Assembly: GCA_038214755.1 (NCBI GenBank)
Contig: JBBQRQ010000057.1
Location: 1 to 32,027 of the forward strand
Length of the DNA stretch: 32,027 nt
DNA from: Verrucomicrobiota bacterium
GTDB taxonomy: Bacteria; Verrucomicrobiota; Verrucomicrobiia; Limisphaerales; CANJXF01
Reading direction: 5' to 3'
The translations under genes and the position numbers were made by a program. This document shows, piece by piece, positions 27,395 to 32,027 of this stretch (the stretch's first letter is position 1; every line of letters begins with the position of its first letter). A model generated the notes under the pieces. The model did no database searches and was not told the DNA's origin. It saw only the letters and a list, made by a program, of their open reading frames with translations.

Positions 27395-28594
27395 TTATGG
27401 GAGCAGGAACAGGCGGTAAAATCGTTCCGTGTCAGTAGCGGGCGGACGATCCGTTTTCGGTGGGCCGTAGTCGATCCATTGGATGCGGCTTCCATTGCCG
27501 AGAAGCGCGGGCACGACGGTAGTCCAGTTCGTAAGCTCGTGGCTGTATTGGATGCGATAAGAGCGGTTGGAAAGGCTGTTGAATTCCAGCAGAAAAGAGC
27601 CGTCAGGTAGGACGGCGCGCACGGGCAAAGGCTGAGGCGTGCCGTTCGGTGTTGGCGGGGACGGAAACGGGCCGATGATTTCCACGGTGTAGTTGGGTTG
27701 CGGACTGGGAATGCGATTGGGAACGCGATATTCAACGCGCAAGTCCACGAACTCTCCGGGAGCTAAAGGAGAGTTGGATTGAAGGAAGGGATGCCCGTTT
27801 GTCGCTCCGGTTGCATTCATCACGGACCATGTCGAGGCCATGTTCAACACGTGCAAGCGCACAGCCGGAGCAATGTGGGAGAGGTTGTTTATGATTCGGA
27901 CGGTTTGGTCAAAGAAGCCGGTCTGGCGATTGAGAGTGATGCTAGAAAGATTTGATGAGCTGAGGGTGCCTTCCCTCACTACCATTGCGGTGTTGAAGGC
28001 GATTAACGGGTCAAGCACTTGACCAGCACCATTGACGAAGATTTGTTCCGTTGGGCCAAGTGTGTTGAAGAATTCCAACTGCAATTGATAGGAACCGGGA
28101 GCCAAATCGGTAATGTAAAATGTGGCGAGTAATGCGTTGGACGAACTGCGAAGCGAATTGCTGTAAAATTGAGTCGTTCCCTTAACTGCCGCGAAGTTGC
28201 CGCCCGCGGCAACCACCGCCGATTGCGCACGCGGTCCATCGAAAGCAAAATCGCCAGGCACGGTGATAGCGCCCACGCCGCTGATCCGCGCGTTGGTGGA
28301 ATTGATGCGCATTCTTACGCCAAAGCTATACAGGCCAGCCGGAGGAGTGGGGGTGATGAGAACTTGCACCGGGAACGTTTCCCCTCCTTGAATCAGATAC
28401 TGTTCGCGGTCAAAGGTAATTAGGTAGTTAGTCGGGCTGGATACCGTTTGGGATTGAGCGCAAGTGACCCCACAAAAGAGCGCGAGGAGACAACCGCGAA
28501 TAGAACACGCACGAAAGTTCCAGACAAATCGAAACCTTCTAAGAAAAAACGTGGAAAAGGCGGCGCGCGGGCAGGAGAGTTGAAACAGATTCAT
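27395..28594 (-). CDS. Secreted protein: cohesin-like domain, Ig-like domain, Pro linker, C-terminal ...FYR domain
   Basis: Signal peptide ending near CAQSQ; cohesin-type pattern GETFPVQVLI...GLYSFGVRM...LLATFYI...GSYQLQL; tail SYRIQYSHELTNW...WIDYGPP...RFYRL. Start ATG 28594 or GTG 28627. Confidence 0.8.
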   Translation of the reverse strand: MNLFQLSCPRAAFSTFFLRRFRFVWNFRACSIRGCLLALFCGVTCAQSQTVSSPTNYLITFDREQYLIQGGETFPVQVLITPTPPAGLYSFGVRMRINSTNARISGVGAITVPGDFAFDGPRAQSAVVAAGGNFAAVKGTTQFYSNSLRSSSNALLATFYITDLAPGSYQLQLEFFNTLGPTEQIFVNGAGQVLDPLIAFNTAMVVREGTLSSSNLSSITLNRQTGFFDQTVRIINNLSHIAPAVRLHVLNMASTWSVMNATGATNGHPFLQSNSPLAPGEFVDLRVEYRVPNRIPSPQPNYTVEIIGPFPSPPTPNGTPQPLPVRAVLPDGSFLLEFNSLSNRSYRIQYSHELTNWTTVVPALLGNGSRIQWIDYGPPKTDRPPATDTERFYRLFLLP

Positions 28595-28646
28595 ATCGTT
28601 TGAGGTCGCTTTGACTCTTTGTGCCACAGGCTGGCAGGGCTGCGGT

Positions 28647-28661
28647 ATGACGTATTCGCGT
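28647..28661. promoter_or_regulatory. Candidate response-regulator box ATGACGTAnnnGCGT (copy 1)
   Basis: ATGACGTATTCGCGT upstream of the cohesin-like gene; 12/15 identical to 29372-29386. Confidence 0.45.
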
Positions 28662-28696
28662 TATTGACAACCACTGGCCGGAATTGACTACTGCTA

Positions 28697-29335
28697 CTAA
28701 CGCTTCAAATGAGGAACGTATTTGGTCATCGCTTCTGCGCGATTATGAACCTGGAGCTTTTCATAGATATGTCTTATGTGCTGATCCACAGTATGGCGGC
28801 TGATTTTGAGGCGGGAAGCGATGTCTTTATTCGGTCGGCCCCGAGCAACGTGGTCGAGCACTTCGCACTCGCGGTCAGTTAGACTACTCAACCCGGGTGC
28901 CGGAAGCGGAAGAGCCTGAAAATATTGCGTCACCTTCCGGGCGATAGCGGGACTCATGGGGGAACCGCCCTCAACGGCTTCTTCGATAGCACTCACAATC
29001 TGCGCAAGTGGCGTTCTTTTTAGTAAGTAACCGCAGGCACCGGCTTTGAGACTCTCAAAGATTTTCTCATGATCTTCATGCACCGTCAGAATAAGTATCA
29101 ACAAGGTAGGACAACGGTGTTTCAGCGCTCGTGCGCATTCAACGCCGCTTGCGCCGGGAAGGCTCAGGTCGAGAAGGACAATATCGCATTGATACACAGG
29201 AAGTCTCTTTAGCGCATCTTCAGTCGAACGGTGCGTCGAGAGACAACGAAAACCAGGCGTCCCATTAAACAGAACGGCGAGAGATTCGCGGGCTTGATCA
29301 TCGTCTTCAATAATGGAGACGCGAATGATACTCAT
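28697..29335 (-). CDS. NarL/FixJ-family response regulator (REC + LuxR HTH)
   Basis: IIEDD, VLLDLSLPG, GYLLK, LTDRECEVL...NKDIA...TVDQHIRHIYEKL. Confidence 0.96.
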   Translation of the reverse strand: MSIIRVSIIEDDDQARESLAVLFNGTPGFRCLSTHRSTEDALKRLPVYQCDIVLLDLSLPGASGVECARALKHRCPTLLILILTVHEDHEKIFESLKAGACGYLLKRTPLAQIVSAIEEAVEGGSPMSPAIARKVTQYFQALPLPAPGLSSLTDRECEVLDHVARGRPNKDIASRLKISRHTVDQHIRHIYEKLQVHNRAEAMTKYVPHLKR

Positions 29336-29371
29336 GGCCCGCCAAGGTTACACGCTTGACGCCAGTAATCC

Positions 29372-29386
29372 ATGACGTAAATGCGT
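29372..29386. promoter_or_regulatory. Candidate response-regulator box ATGACGTAnnnGCGT (copy 2)
   Basis: ATGACGTAAATGCGT upstream of the regulator gene, next to a minus-strand TTGACA (29391-29396). Confidence 0.45.
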
Positions 29387-29416
29387 AGGCTGTCAAAACC
29401 TCTTGCGCGGAGTTTG

Positions 29417-29881
29417 CTAACGTGTTTTCGCCTTTGCAATACAGTCTTCGATAAAGCAGACAAAAGCAGGATCGCGACTACTGCGCGTATCCAACCAAGC
29501 TGTTTTTGGTAGAGGCAGTCGAAAAAAATTACCCGCGTCAGCGGTCAAAGCTTCAAGTGTGGGCAATGCTTTGCGCTTTGCCAACAACCAGCCTGTATAG
29601 TAATGAACAAACACGACGTTTAAAAATTCTGCTTCGGCGGGAGTGACGGGTTTAGATACCAAATCAACAGTCGTATCTTGAACACGTTGAAGTTCTGGCC
29701 TTCGGTGAAATTCGCTCCAGAGGTCGCGATGTTGTGCTGCAAGAGTCAACAGGTCTGCTATGCGGCGTTCGTGAGTGTTTTGGCGGATCGAGAGCGACGT
29801 GAAGAGCAATCCGACAATTACCCCGAGACTCTGGAGAAGTGAAAACCAGTTTTGTAAAAACCACGCCGTCGCATCCGCCAC
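29417..29881 (-). CDS. Hypothetical protein with N-terminal membrane anchor
   Basis: Hydrophobic WFSLLQSLGVIVGLLFTSLSI followed by a helical soluble domain. Confidence 0.75.
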   Translation of the reverse strand: MADATAWFLQNWFSLLQSLGVIVGLLFTSLSIRQNTHERRIADLLTLAAQHRDLWSEFHRRPELQRVQDTTVDLVSKPVTPAEAEFLNVVFVHYYTGWLLAKRKALPTLEALTADAGNFFRLPLPKTAWLDTRSSRDPAFVCFIEDCIAKAKTR

Positions 29882-29922
29882 GATGCGTTTTTTATCATAT
29901 TTGGTCGCCGCCCGGAAAGGCG

Positions 29923-30153
29923 TTAAATGGCAGTGGGAATATCAGGTCGAGCCAATACCAAGGTCCGTCTCGGGATCTGGACAACTCGTTCGCCCGGACC
30001 GCATCCTGAACCGGGCAGAAGGTTGCCGATTGCTTCGTTTGTTATATCAGAGCCGATGACCGCAAAGTCGCCGCTCTGTAGTTCGAGAATGTTCGGACAA
30101 GAGTGACCCCCTTGGCATTCGCGACGGCTATTTCCAAGAATTCGAGTAAACAT
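29923..30153 (-). CDS. Small Cys-containing hypothetical protein, XRE-associated
   Basis: 76 aa from ATG 30153: CQGGHSCPNILEL..GDFAVIG.DIT...GERVVQIPR. The longer ORF-track version overlaps the XRE gene. Confidence 0.7.
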   Translation of the reverse strand: MFTRILGNSRRECQGGHSCPNILELQSGDFAVIGSDITNEAIGNLLPGSGCGPGERVVQIPRRTLVLARPDIPTAI

Positions 30154-30159
30154 GCGCCT

Positions 30160-30188
30160 GTTATGCATATAAGCATATCCACTGTCAA
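30160..30188 (-). promoter_or_regulatory. Sigma70-type promoter with overlapping palindromic operator
   Basis: TTGACA (30188-30183), 17 bp, CATAAC (30165-30160); palindrome TATGC-N6-GCATA at 30162-30177. Confidence 0.6.
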
Positions 30189-30213
30189 GACGATTCTTTT
30201 GTAAGAATGGCGT

Positions 30214-30468
30214 GTGAAAAAAGCAGAGTATCGTGCTGCCGTGTGTGCAGAGGCCATTCGTCTTTTGGCTTTGGAGCGGACACGTCGCAAACTTTCCATG
30301 AATACTGTTGCTTACAAAACTGGTTTGAATCAATCGACCGTAAGTCGTTTGGAAAAATCCGCTCAGAATCCGACGATGGATTCACTTCTGCGCATCGCTG
30401 ATGTTTTAGAAACCAATCTGGGAGACATTCTGAAACTGGCAATAAAAAATGTTGAGAAGACACAGTGA
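30214..30468 (+). CDS. XRE-family HTH transcriptional regulator
   Basis: ERTRRKLSMNTVAYKTGLNQSTVSRLEK...NPTMDSLLRIADVL. Confidence 0.92.
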   Translation: MKKAEYRAAVCAEAIRLLALERTRRKLSMNTVAYKTGLNQSTVSRLEKSAQNPTMDSLLRIADVLETNLGDILKLAIKNVEKTQ

Positions 30469-30644
30469 TTTCGGAGTGTGCTCAGATCGCTGGTGATCGA
30501 CGAGCGCGGATTCCCCCAAAAGATTGATTTTTTAACTAACGATAATGAATCGTTATCACTAGTTAGGGGACTTAACTTCTCGAATTAGACCACAGCCTAC
30601 GTCTTTTCAGTTGACTGGCCGTCGGAATTTGATCATCTTTTAGC

Positions 30645-31913
30645 ATGAAGCGTGATCGGACGTTGCGTTTTGTTGCGGTCTTTTGGTTCTGCCTTTTTGT
30701 TCCCTCGTTTTTGGTTTCTCTTGGCGCAACAAGCATTTCAGAGGCATTAGATAATACCAATCTCATCTGGACTACGAAAGGGGAGTCAGCTTGGAGCGGC
30801 CAAACTGATATTTATAATTTCGACGGCGATTCTGCTCGTAGCGGCGTCGTAAACGGGTATCCTCAATCCTCTGTCCTTTCGACAACAATCATAGGGCCAG
30901 GCTTATTAAGTTTCGATTGGACAGTTTTTCCAGCATACGGGTTCCTCCGGATATATGTAAATGATATTATTAGAACCAACTTTCCCACTGGTGATTGGCA
31001 GCGCATCGCATTAGACCTTCAGACAGGCACCAATAAAATAGAGTGGAGACTTTCCGACAACTCCAACACGGTGGGTTTTGTAGATCATGTTATTTATGCG
31101 TCCGGGCCGGTTCTTCCAACTATAATACTCGCGCCATCCAATATTGTGGAATCCACGGAGGGTTGCATTCGACTGAGTGCTGCGCCTTTTGGAACGCGAC
31201 CATTTAATTACCACTGGCAACACAATGGAACAAATATTAGCTATGGAGAACAGTCGTTCTTCGACCCACCAGGCCAGAGTCTTTTTTATCTTACAATCAG
31301 TAATATTCGCGAAAGCGATGGGGGAAATTACCGGCTTCTTGTTGCTAATTCAGTGGGGACAAATTTTAGCAGTGAAACGGCTGTAAATGTTATCGCAGCC
31401 CCTTCGTTAGCAATGTCGTTAAATACCCCAAGTTGGATTTGGAGAAATGATTGTTATAGTGCTTCTTGGCACGGACAAACGAATATTTCTCATGACGGAA
31501 TTTCATCGGCTGAAAGCGGTGCTACATTCAAAGATTTTTCTAATAACGCGAATGCTAGTTTATCTACAGTTATCGTAGGTCCGGGAATATTAAAGTTTTG
31601 GTGGAAGATGACCGGATTGCATTATAGGTCCGATAAAGTGCAATTCCTCATCGATAGCCTTCCAGCAGTTGAATTGATTGAGGAACAACCTTGGGAGCAG
31701 CAAGTTATCGAGCTGAAACAGGGCGAGCAGAAACTGTCCTGGATTCATCAAAACCAAAGTGTAGATTCAAATCAAGTAGCGCGCGCATGGTTGGACCAGA
31801 TTGAATTTATCCCTGGTGGTATCGCGCCCCATGACATTGTTGGCCCGATAAATACGGATGCAACTCTCGGACGCCTCGTTAAATTGAGTGCTAGTCTAGT
31901 GTCCCGTAATTAG
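30645..31913 (+). pseudogene. Secreted Ig-domain/repeat protein, truncated by IS insertion
   Basis: Signal peptide; two similar beta-sandwich repeats (W.GQT....DG..SA.SG...L...I.GPG.L.F.W); an Ig domain (YHWQHNG...DGGNYRLLVANSVG). A second Ig-like domain stops abruptly, with the stop codon lying inside the IS end. Confidence 0.8.
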
Positions 31914-32027
31914 CTAGACATATTGGGTTTTCCGTGCAAAATTGGATTCATGGCGAAAATGGCGGCGGCGGTTCAACTCTCGGAGATCGACCGAAATCAA
32001 CTCGGAACCTGGGTTCGAGCCCAATTC
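31899..32027 (+). mobile_element. IS630-family insertion sequence, left end (partial)
   Basis: CTAG at 31896-31899 (TA target), then GTGTCCCG..., then ATG 31950 MAKMAAAVQLSEIDRNQLGTWVRAQF, resembling IS630 transposase N-termini. Confidence 0.7.

Overview
Bacterial accessory/mobile region. The host is probably Verrucomicrobiota (Pedosphaera/Limisphaera-like), inferred from TN-rich secreted proteins, a C-terminal ...FYR domain and TCAACYC heptamer repeats. It has four blocks. (1) 1-6342 resembles the anti-defence module of a conjugative element: a DarB-like N6-methylase/SNF2 helicase (runs off the left edge, absent from the ORF track), a small PC4-like protein, an acidic possibly ArdA-like protein behind large hairpins, and a C5 cytosine methyltransferase. 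(2) 9230-13581 is a dense toxin-antitoxin array (two nucleotidyltransferases, Fic, RHH+PIN, VbhA-like) punctuated by three copies of a fic 3' end. (3) A co-oriented minus-strand set: NarL regulator, cohesin-like secreted protein, outer-membrane beta-barrel, 4067-aa dockerin-bearing RHS/YD protein and, beyond the TA array, an FG-GAP (integrin-like) HisKA_3 kinase. This is the best candidate novel system: cohesin-dockerin surface display of a giant RHS protein. (4) An XRE module and an Ig-domain secreted gene cut by an IS630-like element at the right edge. All family calls come from reading motifs by eye; no searches were run.
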